Assembly (NCBI GenBank): GCA_016839055.1
Contig: JAEKNX010000011.1
Location: 15,940 to 79,939 of the forward strand
Direction: 5' to 3'
Length of the DNA: 64,000 nt
Origin: Spirochaetales bacterium
Lineage (GTDB): Bacteria > Spirochaetota > Spirochaetia > UBA9216
The notes under the pieces are model-generated. The model did no database searches and was not told the DNA's origin. It saw nothing but the letters and a program-made list of their open reading frames with translations. Both the position numbers and the translations under genes were made by a program. Positions 1-8,753 of this stretch are shown here, piece by piece (position 1 is the stretch's first letter; each line of letters begins with the position of its first letter).

Positions 1-790
1 CGATTTTCTTGCCGAGGGCGGCAAGAACATTTGCGAGGCTGCTTTTGTCATCTTTGACAAAAGGCTGGTCGAGAAGACAAATCTGGGAAAAATGTTTGTT
101 GAGTTTACCCTTAACAATTCCCTGGAGAACATTCGCAGGTTTTTCGAGGTTTTCGGCCTGTTTCGTGAAGATTTCTGTCTGTTCCTGAGTATAGGCTGCG
201 TCTACTTTATCCTGTGAGAGGAAAAGCGGGTTGAATGCAGCAATATGGAGCGCGCAGTCGAATGCAAACTGTTTAAGCTCATCATTCGAGAGGAGGGTTT
301 TATTGTCTGCAGCAATCTTTACGAGTACACCTATTCCGCCTTCGCCGTGAATGTAGTCGACACAGAGTTCGTTATCTGCAACTTCGAGGGTCTTGAATCT
401 CTTTACAGAGATGTTTTCCTTGATTTTGCTGATTACGAGTTTTACATTTTCTTCAAGACTGTCGGTCATTTCAGTTAGGTTTTCTTCCATGATCGAATCG
501 AGAAGCTCTGCTCCTGCGTTCTTGAAATTATCATTTCTGGCAACAAAGTCGGTTTCGCATGCAAGTTCTAGTATGCCTGCTTTGGTTCCGTCAATTTTAG
601 TGAATACGCGACCTTCGTTTGTTGCTCTGTCGCTTCTTTTTGATGCTGCTGCGAGGCCCTGTTCTTTGAGGAGTTTTTCTGCTTTCGCGAAGTCTCCCTC
701 AGCGTCAACAAGGGCTTTTTTACAGTCCAATATGCCGGCTCCGGTTTTCTCACGGAGCCTTTTAACATCAGCTGGTTTAATATCTGCCAT
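1..790 (-). CDS. tsf: Elongation factor Ts (3' end truncated by the window edge)
   Basis: Not in the ORF track because it has no stop in the window. My reverse translation from the ATG at 788-790 reads MADIKPADVKRLREKTGAGILDCKKALVDAEGDFAKAEKLLKEQGLAAASKRSDRATNEGRV..., later ...HIAAFNP...QPFVKDD. This is a classic EF-Ts N-terminal UBA-like domain, in the conserved position downstream of rpsB. Confidence 0.9.
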   Translation of the reverse strand, partial: MADIKPADVKRLREKTGAGILDCKKALVDAEGDFAKAEKLLKEQGLAAASKRSDRATNEGRVFTKIDGTKAGILELACETDFVARNDNFKNAGAELLDSIMEENLTEMTDSLEENVKLVISKIKENISVKRFKTLEVADNELCVDYIHGEGGIGVLVKIAADNKTLLSNDELKQFAFDCALHIAAFNPLFLSQDKVDAAYTQEQTEIFTKQAENLEKPANVLQGIVKGKLNKHFSQICLLDQPFVKDDKSSLANVLAALGKKI

Positions 791-807
791 TATGTTTCTC
801 CTGTTTA

Positions 808-1845
808 TTATTCCGCAGGCTTTTCTGCTGGTTTTTTTGCTGGTTTTTTTGCCGGTTTTTTTGCTGCTACCGGTTTTTCTGCTGCAGGTTCTACTGCTAC
901 AGGTTCTACCGCTGCAGGTTCTACCGCTACAGGTTCTACTGCTACAGGTTCTACCGCTACAGGTTCTACCGCTACAGGTTCTACCGCTACAGGTTCTACC
1001 GCTACAGGTTCTACCGCTACAGGTTCTACCGCTGGTACCGCAACTATTTCGGAATTATAAACTTCCTCAGCTGCAGATTCTTCTTCCTGAATAGGAGCTT
1101 CAACCGCCGGAACAGAAGTGGGTTCATCTTCGTCCTGAAGGGTTTCAATAACCTCTAGGCCAATTTCGTTATCAGCTTCTACTACAGCATTAGCAATTAT
1201 CTGTGTAAACAGGGTGATAGCTCTGATCGCGTCATCATTACCCGGAATTGGAAAATCAATGTCGGTAGGGTCACAGTTTGTGTCTACGACTGCAATCACG
1301 GGGATTCCCATTCTCTTCGCTTCAGCAACTGCAATAGCTTCTTTTCGGGTGTCAATAATAAAGATAACGCCGGGGAGATCCTTCATTTCCTTGATTCCGC
1401 CGAGGTTCTTTTCTAGTTTAGTCTTTTCGCGGTTGAGTTTTGCAACTTCTTTCTTGGTCAGGCTTTCGAATGTGCCGTCAATTTCCATCTTCTCAATTTT
1501 CTTAAGTCTTAAGATCGACTTTTTGATTGTGGAAAAGTTAGTAAGCATACCACCGAGCCAACGGTTGTTAACATAAAACATACCGCATCTTTCAGCTTCG
1601 CGCTGGATAGCTTGCTGTGCCTGCTTTTTTGTTCCGACGAAAAGAACAGTCTCTCCGTTGTGTACCAGTCTGCGTACAATTTCGTATGCTTCTTTAATTG
1701 ATACAATTGTTTTTTGTAAATCAATAATGTGAATCCCGTTTCTTTCTGCAAAGATGAATTTCTTCATTCTGGGATCCCAGCGCTTGGTCTGATGTCCGAA
1801 ATGTACACCTGACTCTAGCAGATTTTTCATTGTTACTACTGCCAA
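808..1845 (-). CDS. rpsB: 30S ribosomal protein S2 with a long repetitive C-terminal extension
   Basis: 345-aa ORF. The N-terminus [24 protein letters not shown] and the core [31 protein letters not shown] are S2 signatures. It sits in the conserved rpsB-tsf arrangement. The C-terminus carries about 10 xAVEP pentapeptides followed by PAKK repeats. Confidence 0.95.
   Translation of the reverse strand: MAVVTMKNLLESGVHFGHQTKRWDPRMKKFIFAERNGIHIIDLQKTIVSIKEAYEIVRRLVHNGETVLFVGTKKQAQQAIQREAERCGMFYVNNRWLGGMLTNFSTIKKSILRLKKIEKMEIDGTFESLTKKEVAKLNREKTKLEKNLGGIKEMKDLPGVIFIIDTRKEAIAVAEAKRMGIPVIAVVDTNCDPTDIDFPIPGNDDAIRAITLFTQIIANAVVEADNEIGLEVIETLQDEDEPTSVPAVEAPIQEEESAAEEVYNSEIVAVPAVEPVAVEPVAVEPVAVEPVAVEPVAVEPVAVEPVAVEPAAVEPVAVEPAAEKPVAAKKPAKKPAKKPAEKPAE
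881..1030. repeat. Ten head-to-tail copies of a 15-nt unit (GCTRCAGGTTCTACY) inside the rpsB 3' region
   Basis: Counted directly. The units start at 881, 896, 911 and so on up to 1016. The six copies from 941 to 1030 are identical. The repeat is in frame and encodes (V/A)AVEP pentapeptides on the minus strand. Confidence 0.95.
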
Positions 1846-1922
1846 TGTGTCCTCCTGTGTTTTGACGATACGACCGGCTTTATTAAAAATAATTCACCGT
1901 CCATGAACAAACTAAGTTTGTT

Positions 1923-1941
1923 CAAAACGACCGAAGGTCGT
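1923..1941 (-). terminator. Candidate rho-independent terminator after maf
   Basis: On the minus strand the sequence reads ACGACC-TTC-GGTCGT followed by TTTTG, about 30 nt after the maf stop. A second hairpin, GAACAAAC-TTA-GTTTGTTC (1905-1923), follows in the rpsB upstream region. The T tract is short. Confidence 0.4.
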
Positions 1942-1970
1942 TCGTCTCCTTCTCTTTTTCTCAGACAATT

Positions 1971-2552
1971 TCATGTCCGGAAGTTAAATTTATCAGAAAT
2001 GAGCATGCCATAAAATGTATTAATTGGCAACCCCATGACGTTGGAGTAAGAGCCGTTGATGCTGCTGATGAAGAGAGCCCCTTTCTCCTGAATCCGGTAG
2101 GCCGCCGCTACTCCCTGCCACTCATTCTGATCGAGATACCAGTCTATTTCTGAGGCGGACATAGGGCTGAACGTTACTGCTGTAAGGCAGGCGGCGGTTT
2201 TTATTCCTTTTTCCGGAACATTTAGGGCTATGCCTGTTATGACTTGATGGGTAAGCCCTGAGAGTCTTTTTAGCATTTCCCCGGCTTCCTCCCTGGTTTC
2301 GGGTTTTCCCAGGTATTCACCGTCTATTTCGATAAAGGTATCCGCGCCGAGTACCCATTTTGCCGCTCCGGAAGGCTTCCCGGCAAGAAATGCCGCGGTC
2401 TTCTTTTTGGCCAGTAGAACCGCTTCGTCTGCGGGAGCGAGTCCTGTGAATGTTTCATCAACATCCTGAGGCCTAATGTCAAACTCGAGCCCCATCTGCA
2501 TTAGTATTTCCTGTCTTCTGAGAGAAGCTGAGGCCAATATTAATTTTTCCAT
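1971..2552 (-). CDS. maf: Maf-family nucleoside triphosphate pyrophosphatase (septum formation protein Maf)
   Basis: 193-aa ORF. It has the N-terminal LILASASLRRQEIL motif and the C-terminal AAAYRIQEKG...VMGLP motif typical of Maf. Confidence 0.85.
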   Translation of the reverse strand: MEKLILASASLRRQEILMQMGLEFDIRPQDVDETFTGLAPADEAVLLAKKKTAAFLAGKPSGAAKWVLGADTFIEIDGEYLGKPETREEAGEMLKRLSGLTHQVITGIALNVPEKGIKTAACLTAVTFSPMSASEIDWYLDQNEWQGVAAAYRIQEKGALFISSINGSYSNVMGLPINTFYGMLISDKFNFRT

Positions 2553-2556
2553 CTAA

Positions 2557-2793
2557 TTAGATCCTTTTAAAAAGCAGCCAGCCCGCAGCAAAGCCGGCGG
2601 GAGTGCCGGGGTTTATTTTAATGTGGATCGACAGCACCCCTATATCGAAGCCGACAGGTCCCGCTGTCAGGGTGAAATTTACCCCAGCAATCCTTATCAG
2701 AACTTCAATAAGTTCCCAGCAGAGGGTTCCCAGAACTGAGCATATCACGAGGAATCCTATGAAATTATGAAGATTCTTATTTGTTATCTTCAT
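2557..2793 (-). CDS. Small membrane protein, DUF4321-like
   Basis: 78 aa with two hydrophobic segments and a central GPVGFDIGVLSIHIKINPG block resembling DUF4321. It is tightly packed between xth and maf, and its start overlaps the xth stop by 4 nt. Confidence 0.5.
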   Translation of the reverse strand: MKITNKNLHNFIGFLVICSVLGTLCWELIEVLIRIAGVNFTLTAGPVGFDIGVLSIHIKINPGTPAGFAAGWLLFKRI

Positions 2794-3563
2794 TCTATTG
2801 TAAGCTCTACCGGACAGTGATCTGAACCCATTACAGTGTCAAGTATATCTGCGCTCTTCAGCCTGCAGTCGAAATCTGAATTGACACAGAATAAATCAAT
2901 TCTCCACCCTATGTTTTTATCACGGGCAGAAAATCGGTAGGACCACCAGCTGTATCGATCCGGATCAGGACAGTATTTACGAAAGGTGTCGATATATCCG
3001 GCCTGGATGAATTTATCCATCCAGGATCTTTCTTCGGGCAGGTATCCCGGATTATTCTCATTCCGCTTCGGGTTGGCAAGGTCTATCGGTTTATGGGCGA
3101 CATTATAGTCACCACAGAGGATGATGTCCTTGCCTTCGGCAACGGTCTTGTCACAGTATTCGAGGACTGCGTTACAAAAACGGATCTTGTAGTCGAGCCT
3201 CTTGCCGGCTTCCTGGCTGTTCGGGAAATAGCAGTTGATTATTTTGTATTCTGCATATTCGAGGATAATGCTCCGCCCCTCGGCGTCAAATTCGTCAATG
3301 CCTAGAGTCTCAACAGACAGCGGTTCTTCCTTCGCGTAGGTGACAACCCCGCTGTAGCCTTTTTTTTCGGCAGAGGCAAACCATGATTTATAGCCCGCTG
3401 GCGTTATGAAATTGTCGGTTAACTGCTCGGTCTGGGCCTTTGTCTCCTGGAGGCAGACGAAGTCAGCGTCTTTTTCACTCATCCAGTCGAAAAGTCCTTT
3501 TTTTTCCGCTGCTCTTATCCCGTTGACGTTCCAGGAAATAAAAGTTTTCAAATTGTCCTCCAT
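2790..3563 (-). CDS. xth: Exodeoxyribonuclease III (AP endonuclease)
   Basis: 257 aa. Motifs SWNVNGIRAA, FVCLQETK, GDYNVAH and GSDHCPV are the ExoIII/EEP catalytic signatures. Confidence 0.9.
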   Translation of the reverse strand: MEDNLKTFISWNVNGIRAAEKKGLFDWMSEKDADFVCLQETKAQTEQLTDNFITPAGYKSWFASAEKKGYSGVVTYAKEEPLSVETLGIDEFDAEGRSIILEYAEYKIINCYFPNSQEAGKRLDYKIRFCNAVLEYCDKTVAEGKDIILCGDYNVAHKPIDLANPKRNENNPGYLPEERSWMDKFIQAGYIDTFRKYCPDPDRYSWWSYRFSARDKNIGWRIDLFCVNSDFDCRLKSADILDTVMGSDHCPVELTIE

Positions 3564-3623
3564 GAAATATACCGGATCTGTCCTGAGTATACGATATATT
3601 TAAATTATTTTGTAGGGAAGGGG

Positions 3624-3652
3624 CAAAAAAACCGCCTTCGATTGAAGGCGGT
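3624..3652 (-). terminator. Orphan rho-independent terminator oriented for the minus strand
   Basis: On the minus strand the sequence reads ACCGCCTTC-AATC-GAAGGCGGT followed by TTTTTTT. That is a perfect 9-bp GC-rich stem plus a T7 tract. It lies upstream of xth, and no annotated minus-strand gene ends here. Confidence 0.7.
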
Positions 3653-3776
3653 TCCGACCTTATCTGTCAGCATTAATCAAGCGAGGTGAACTCGTCTATT
3701 TAATCTATTTTGATTTCCACTCGGGCTATTCTAATTGCAGGTAGTTATTAAATATTGAAAAACTTATTGAAGCTTC

Positions 3777-3811
3777 TTGATATATTCTAAAGAAAACGAT
3801 ATTATTTACAA
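3777..3811. promoter_or_regulatory. Overlapping divergent sigma70-like promoters
   Basis: Plus strand: TTGATA (3777-3782), 17 nt, TATTAT (3800-3805), upstream of the 3874 gene. Minus strand: TTGTAA (3811-3806), 16 nt, TAGAAT (3789-3784), pointing toward the orphan terminator. This is pattern matching only. Confidence 0.4.
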
Positions 3812-3873
3812 AGTACTTTTAAAAACAAAGTGAAGTTGAAAGGGGAACTCTTATTAAGATAACAGGAGGAAGT

Positions 3874-4476
3874 ATGAATGATATTGACAGAGAGCGGGCG
3901 GCTGAAAATCTCAAAATAGTTCGAACAATAATGGAAAGCTGCTCACGCAGGCAGCAGGATGACGGTATTCATTTTATTATCTGGGGGTTGTTGATTCCAG
4001 TCGCCACGGGCTTCAACTATCTGCTTGTTTATCTTGAAAAGTGGAAATCAATCGGCCTCCTGTGGGGAACTGTGGCGTTAGTTGGAATAGTCCTGAGCAT
4101 TGTCGTCTCGGTTAGGCGTAGAGGCGCGAGGGCGGAGACTCACGGCGGCCGGGTGCAGGCTGCTGTATGGATAGCCTGCTGGATAACGATGATGTTAATT
4201 ATGGCTGCCGGATTCATAACAGGTGGGATGAAGCTTAATTTCATGATGATGCTTATTGCGTTCATCATGGCCAATGCTGTATTTATCTCCGGTTTCTTAA
4301 GCGGAACGCGGATGTTGAAGCTGCTTGCCGCCGGCTGGTGGGCCACCGGGATTGTCTGTGCTTTCACTCATGAATATACGGCATCCATAATCGTTGCGCT
4401 TGCGACATTTCTGCTCTCATTTATTCCCGGAGTCATTCTTGACCGCAGGTACAAGGCTGCCTCCGTGAAAATGTAA
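3874..4476 (+). CDS. Integral membrane protein (5-6 predicted TM segments), function unknown
   Basis: 200-aa ORF with AGGAGGA 6 nt upstream of the ATG. It is highly hydrophobic. The downstream wHTH regulator gene starts 4 nt after its stop. Confidence 0.6.
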   Translation: MNDIDRERAAENLKIVRTIMESCSRRQQDDGIHFIIWGLLIPVATGFNYLLVYLEKWKSIGLLWGTVALVGIVLSIVVSVRRRGARAETHGGRVQAAVWIACWITMMLIMAAGFITGGMKLNFMMMLIAFIMANAVFISGFLSGTRMLKLLAAGWWATGIVCAFTHEYTASIIVALATFLLSFIPGVILDRRYKAASVKM

Positions 4477-4480
4477 AAAA

Positions 4481-4783
4481 ATGAAAGATTATGATTATAA
4501 AAAAATAGATTCAATTTTCCATTCGCGAATCAGGCTTGCCGCGGCCTCCATGCTCTATCATGACGGAAGGGCTGATTTTAATACTCTTAAAGAGAGTATA
4601 GGGGCTACCGACGGGAATCTCACGACGCATCTCAGGCGTATGGAAGAGTCGGGTTACACTGAGGTCGAGAAAAAGTTTTCAGGAAGGAAGCCTGTGAGTA
4701 TTTACCGTCTGACAGCGGTTGGACGGAAGGCGTTCGAAAACTACATATGCCGGCTGGAGTCGTTTCTTCAGCCGGGAAAATAA
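4481..4783 (+). CDS. Winged-helix transcriptional regulator (HTH_34-like)
   Basis: 100 aa. The block RIRLAAASMLYHDGRADFNTLKESIGATDGNLTTHLRRMEESGYTEVEKKFSGRKPVSIYRLTAVGRKAF matches the TdGNLs-HL..Le..GYv wHTH pattern. Confidence 0.7.
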   Translation: MKDYDYKKIDSIFHSRIRLAAASMLYHDGRADFNTLKESIGATDGNLTTHLRRMEESGYTEVEKKFSGRKPVSIYRLTAVGRKAFENYICRLESFLQPGK

Positions 4784-4792
4784 GGAGAAATT

Positions 4793-5272
4793 ATGAAAAA
4801 GATTTTGATTATTACATTATTACTGATTGTGGCAGCCGGGGGCCTTTATGCCTCGGATTCGTTTTCAGCCGGATTTGAGATAGGTGAACTAGGACCGGAT
4901 CTGGTGATGGGCGTACGAATCACATCACCCTGGCTTTTCGACGGATATGCCGCGGCCCGCATTTCTGGTGACCTTGCCTTTAACGTCAGTACTCTCTGGA
5001 GCCCTTACGGCGTTTTCAGAGCGGGACTAATTGGCTCAAGCGGTATGGTAAATGATACTATGCGCCTTTATGGAGAGGGGGGAGGTATGCTTCTCTGGAA
5101 CGAAGATTCGGCAGGCAGTCTGGTTCTCGGCGGTTACGGCCTCTTCGGTTTTGAGTTTTTTACCGGAGTAGACAGTCCTGTCGCTTATTTTATTGAGGCA
5201 GGAACAAACGGCAGTTCGCTTAGCCGCCTGACAGGTTTTGATATAAAAACGGGGCTGTCGGTCTATTTCTAA
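4793..5272 (+). CDS. Secreted Gly-rich protein, possibly a small beta-barrel/outer-membrane protein
   Basis: 159 aa. It has an N-terminal signal peptide (MKKILIITLLLIVAAGGLYA), an AAGGAG RBS, and a terminal aromatic residue (SVYF). Confidence 0.5.
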   Translation: MKKILIITLLLIVAAGGLYASDSFSAGFEIGELGPDLVMGVRITSPWLFDGYAAARISGDLAFNVSTLWSPYGVFRAGLIGSSGMVNDTMRLYGEGGGMLLWNEDSAGSLVLGGYGLFGFEFFTGVDSPVAYFIEAGTNGSSLSRLTGFDIKTGLSVYF

Positions 5273-5287
5273 ACCAACTTGGAAACT

Positions 5288-5315
5288 ATCTGCGCCTGGG
5301 GTTTTGGGCGCAGAT
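5288..5315. terminator. Hairpin between convergent genes (possible bidirectional terminator)
   Basis: ATCTGCGCC (5288-5296), a 10-nt loop, then GGCGCAGAT (5307-5315). It lies between the stops of the 4793-5272 gene and the ABC-F gene. There is no strong T tract. Confidence 0.4.
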
Positions 5316-5377
5316 TATACCGGAAATAAAATTCGTTATAAGCAAACAATGAAGACAGGGCTCCTAGGCTCCCCGAT

Positions 5378-7315
5378 TTATATGCTGCTCTCAAGTTCCG
5401 ATTTCTCAGACTCAAGTTCTTCCCATTGTTCGAGGAGCTCGGCTTGCCGGGCTTCTTTTTCGGCAATTGCCCGCTGTACTTCTTCCGCCTTCTGTGTAGA
5501 AGAATAAACTGCAGGATCCTGTAGTTTATTCTGCAGTGCGGCGGTCTCGTTTTCGAGCTCTTCAATCTTCGCAAGAATTTCCTGTTCATCCCGTTCGAGT
5601 TTTCGAAGCCTGTTTTTTAGCTTTTTCTCTTCTTCGCGTGCTACCTTGCCGTCGGAGAGCTGTTTCGAAGACTCATAGGAGGAGCCCGCCGTCTCATTCT
5701 CGCTATCCTGCTCTTTTTTCCAAAGGTAATATTCATAATCACCCTCAAGTATCTGATATCTTCCGTCCTCAACTTCGAGGACCTTTGTTGCGAGGTTGTC
5801 GATAAAATAGCGGTCGTGGGAGACGAATATAAGGGTTCCCGAATACTTTGACAGGGCTTCAAGCAGCACCTGCTTGGACTGGAGATCGAGATGGTTCGTC
5901 GGCTCATCGAGTATGAGCAGGTTTGACGGATGCAGCAGTATTTTAAGCAGTGCCAGCCTGTTTTTTTCTCCGCCGCTGAGTATCTCTGTTGATTTGTAAA
6001 TATCGTCGCCCCGAAACAGAAATGCTCCGAGCATGTTTCTCAGATCCGGAATAAGATGAGTTGGCGCCCCTGACTCGATCTCCGACAGGACTGTGTTCTC
6101 ATTGCTGATGGCCGATTCAATATCCTGGGAAAAATAACCGGGAGTGACCCCGCTTCCATAGATTATCTCGCCCTCATAATCGGGATCCATTCCGGCAATT
6201 ATCCGCATCAGGGTACTCTTTCCCGCGCCATTTCGTCCGGCTATTACAAGTTTCTCCCCGGCCTCGAGGCGGATGCTCAGATTATTTAGAACCTTTTGGC
6301 TGCCGTAGGCCTTGTACAGGTTTTCGATTCGAAGGACCTGTCTGCCGGAATGGGGCGGCTGCGGGAAGGTGAAATGAATCTTTTTCATGCTCTCGGGAAG
6401 TTCTATCCTCTCAATTTTATCTAGCTGCTTTATCCGGCTCTGTACCTGTTTTGCCTTTGTTGCCTGAAATCTGAACCTATTAATGAAATCTTCTATTTTG
6501 GATATTTCTTCGAGCTGTCTGTTGTAATCTTTTATAAGTAGTTGAAGGTCTGCCTCTCTTCGCTTTTCATAGGAGGTATAGTTTCCTTTGTGGATGCGGA
6601 GCCTGCCGTTAAACAGTTCGGCGACCTCGGCAACTGTGGAATCAAGGAAGAATCTGTCATGAGAGACTAGGATGAACCCTCCGGCAAATGAGCTTAAATA
6701 GCCCTCGAGCCAGTTTCTCGCTTCGATGTCGAGATAGTTTGTCGGCTCATCAAGGAGCATGATGTCGGGAGACGACAAAAGGATACGGGCCAGAGCGATA
6801 CGCATCTGCCACCCGCCTGAAAATTCGTCGGTTGTCCGGCCTAAATCGCTCTCGCTGAATCCCAGCCCTGACAGGATCACAGCTGAGGTTTCTTTCCTTG
6901 AGTAGTATCCGCTCCTGGTTATCTCTTCCTGAAGTTCATGAAGACGCTCGAGCCTTGCGGTTGTTTCGCCTGAGGCTTCGCTGCTTTTGGAAAGCAAGTG
7001 TTCAATTTTTTCTTTCTCGGTAATGACAGGTTGGATGTAATTGAAGGCGGACTGCGCGTCCTCTATCAGGGTTTGTCCGGAAAGCGTAATCCCGGACTGC
7101 GGAAGATAGGCTATCCTGGAACTTTTATCCTTGACAATATCTCCGCTGTCGGCCTGGCTTAAGCCTGCGATAATCTTCATCAGAGTCGATTTGCCGCTTC
7201 CGTTGCCGCCTGAAAGAGCTGTCTTGCTGTCGTGTGAGATATTCAGTGTGATGTCGTTAAGAAGGCTCCGATCACCGAAGCTGAGTGAGATATTATTTAA
7301 CTGTACAAATGCCAT
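5378..7315 (-). CDS. ABC-F family ATPase (two ABC domains, no TM domain, C-terminal coiled coil)
   Basis: 645 aa. Walker A motifs are GGNGSGKST and GRNGAGKST. Signature motifs are FSGGWQMR and LSGGEKNR. It has an inter-domain linker and an E/K-rich C-terminal tail typical of Uup/YheS-type ABC-F proteins. Confidence 0.9.
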   Translation of the reverse strand: MAFVQLNNISLSFGDRSLLNDITLNISHDSKTALSGGNGSGKSTLMKIIAGLSQADSGDIVKDKSSRIAYLPQSGITLSGQTLIEDAQSAFNYIQPVITEKEKIEHLLSKSSEASGETTARLERLHELQEEITRSGYYSRKETSAVILSGLGFSESDLGRTTDEFSGGWQMRIALARILLSSPDIMLLDEPTNYLDIEARNWLEGYLSSFAGGFILVSHDRFFLDSTVAEVAELFNGRLRIHKGNYTSYEKRREADLQLLIKDYNRQLEEISKIEDFINRFRFQATKAKQVQSRIKQLDKIERIELPESMKKIHFTFPQPPHSGRQVLRIENLYKAYGSQKVLNNLSIRLEAGEKLVIAGRNGAGKSTLMRIIAGMDPDYEGEIIYGSGVTPGYFSQDIESAISNENTVLSEIESGAPTHLIPDLRNMLGAFLFRGDDIYKSTEILSGGEKNRLALLKILLHPSNLLILDEPTNHLDLQSKQVLLEALSKYSGTLIFVSHDRYFIDNLATKVLEVEDGRYQILEGDYEYYLWKKEQDSENETAGSSYESSKQLSDGKVAREEEKKLKNRLRKLERDEQEILAKIEELENETAALQNKLQDPAVYSSTQKAEEVQRAIAEKEARQAELLEQWEELESEKSELESSI

Positions 7316-7332
7316 TTTTTTCCGTTATTCCT

Positions 7333-8625
7333 TTATTCGCCGGCGCCGGACATGAAAATGATCAGCGGAGACGGGCTTTCCCGCTTGATAATATTTTTTT
7401 CAATGTCCCCGGCTGGGGCGTGGACGAGCTTGATTCCGAGATCCGAAAGCTTGAACAGGAAATTTACCCTGCCGTTGCCTGGTACTCCGTCGAAGATAAA
7501 TGACAGTACACCGTCGTAATTTTCTCTGAGAAGGACGCCCGGAAGGTAGTCGAGCAGGATGCGTCCGCCCTCCCTCGCCGACTCGGGGATGACATTCGGA
7601 ATGAGTCTTTTGTTGTTACTCCAGCTGAAGGAGGCATTTTCCCCGAAACTTATTCGTCCGTAGGCCGAGCTTGATACTGTTCCGAGTTCGGTCAGCTGCT
7701 TGAACAGCAAATCACGCCGCTCTATTTCTGATTCGATCAGCTCGTCCATATTGTCAATGTATACCATCATGTCGGCATGTTCCTGTTTGTTTATCGAATA
7801 GTAGACGGCAATACGGTTTTCGTTTCTGACTTCAACCTGCAGTGAGGTTCCTTCGAAGATGAATCTTCCGCTGTTGTTTTGAATTATTTCTTTATAGTCG
7901 AATACGAGGTTGCGTTCCGCGGTAAGAAGAATTACTTTATTTTCTTCCGGATAGACGAATATTCCGTAATTGCTTCTGAATCTTGCGAGATCGATCATGT
8001 TTTCCCTGATCATTTCACGGAAATATTCCGGCCTGAAGGGTTTTGACAGAAATTCATTAAGCAACGGATTGTCAAGCACATTTCCACCTGCCGTATCGAC
8101 AGCTTTTCTGTCATAGATGTTGAGGTTCATATCAAAACAATAGCCGGAGCTGCCGTCTTCGGTCAGTACTATGTACCAGTAACCCTCATGACCCGCGATG
8201 CTTTCGGAGGTATTACTGCGTCCTATTATCTTAACAGTCTGATCCTGCCGTAGTTTATAGATTCTTTCGGAGTTGATATCCGCTTCCTCTCTGATTGACA
8301 GTCCGTTTTTCTTCGTGACCGCGTATATATCGGCATATTCCATATATCCGGCGGAGAATGCCTGCGCGTCTGCTTCCTTTTCATGATAGCTTAGCTTCCA
8401 TCGGTCAATTTCGATAAGACTGTCAGAGCCGTCAATCCCGGCCGTGAAAACGTTGCGTATCTCGGATTCCTGATAAATTGGAAGTACCGTTCCGGCAGTA
8501 AGATTATTATCGGGGTCATTTATATATAAAACACCCCAGCCTGTGGGCCGTCCGCCGCACGAAATGAGGGTCAGAAGAGAGAGAATCAAGGTAGTCTTTT
8601 TGATATTTTTCAGTATTAAACTCAT
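7333..8625 (-). CDS. Lipoprotein with a bacterial SH3-like domain
   Basis: 430 aa. It has a lipobox (LLTLISCGG). The segment LSIREEADINSERIYKLRQDQTVKIIGRS...GYWYIVLTEDGSSGYCF looks like SH3b. Confidence 0.6.
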   Translation of the reverse strand: MSLILKNIKKTTLILSLLTLISCGGRPTGWGVLYINDPDNNLTAGTVLPIYQESEIRNVFTAGIDGSDSLIEIDRWKLSYHEKEADAQAFSAGYMEYADIYAVTKKNGLSIREEADINSERIYKLRQDQTVKIIGRSNTSESIAGHEGYWYIVLTEDGSSGYCFDMNLNIYDRKAVDTAGGNVLDNPLLNEFLSKPFRPEYFREMIRENMIDLARFRSNYGIFVYPEENKVILLTAERNLVFDYKEIIQNNSGRFIFEGTSLQVEVRNENRIAVYYSINKQEHADMMVYIDNMDELIESEIERRDLLFKQLTELGTVSSSAYGRISFGENASFSWSNNKRLIPNVIPESAREGGRILLDYLPGVLLRENYDGVLSFIFDGVPGNGRVNFLFKLSDLGIKLVHAPAGDIEKNIIKRESPSPLIIFMSGAGE

Positions 8626-8753
8626 TTAAATCTCCGGAAGCGTGGTGTCAGATGATTTACATTGTACTTTAAATCAGGGTTTACGCAAGAGGGGGCAGGG
8701 GGGCGCCGGGATTGCAGCTGATGGAATTACCTGATGAAAAACTCAGGTAAAAC

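Noticed and set aside
881-1030. Regular short repeats that could superficially suggest a CRISPR array
   Set aside because: The units are 15 nt, directly abutting with no spacers, in frame within rpsB, and there are no cas genes in the window. It is a coding tandem repeat, not CRISPR.
393-1094. 233-aa plus-strand ORF with a striking [10 protein letters not shown] repeat
   Set aside because: It is the antisense mirror of tsf and of the rpsB 15-nt repeat. The minus-strand readings are unmistakable EF-Ts and S2, so this ORF is a frame artefact of the repeat.
8727-8748. Hairpin TACCTGA-N8-TCAGGTA after the 8754-9626 gene
   Set aside because: The stem is short and AT-rich, and no T tract follows in the minus-strand sense. 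That is too weak to call a terminator.
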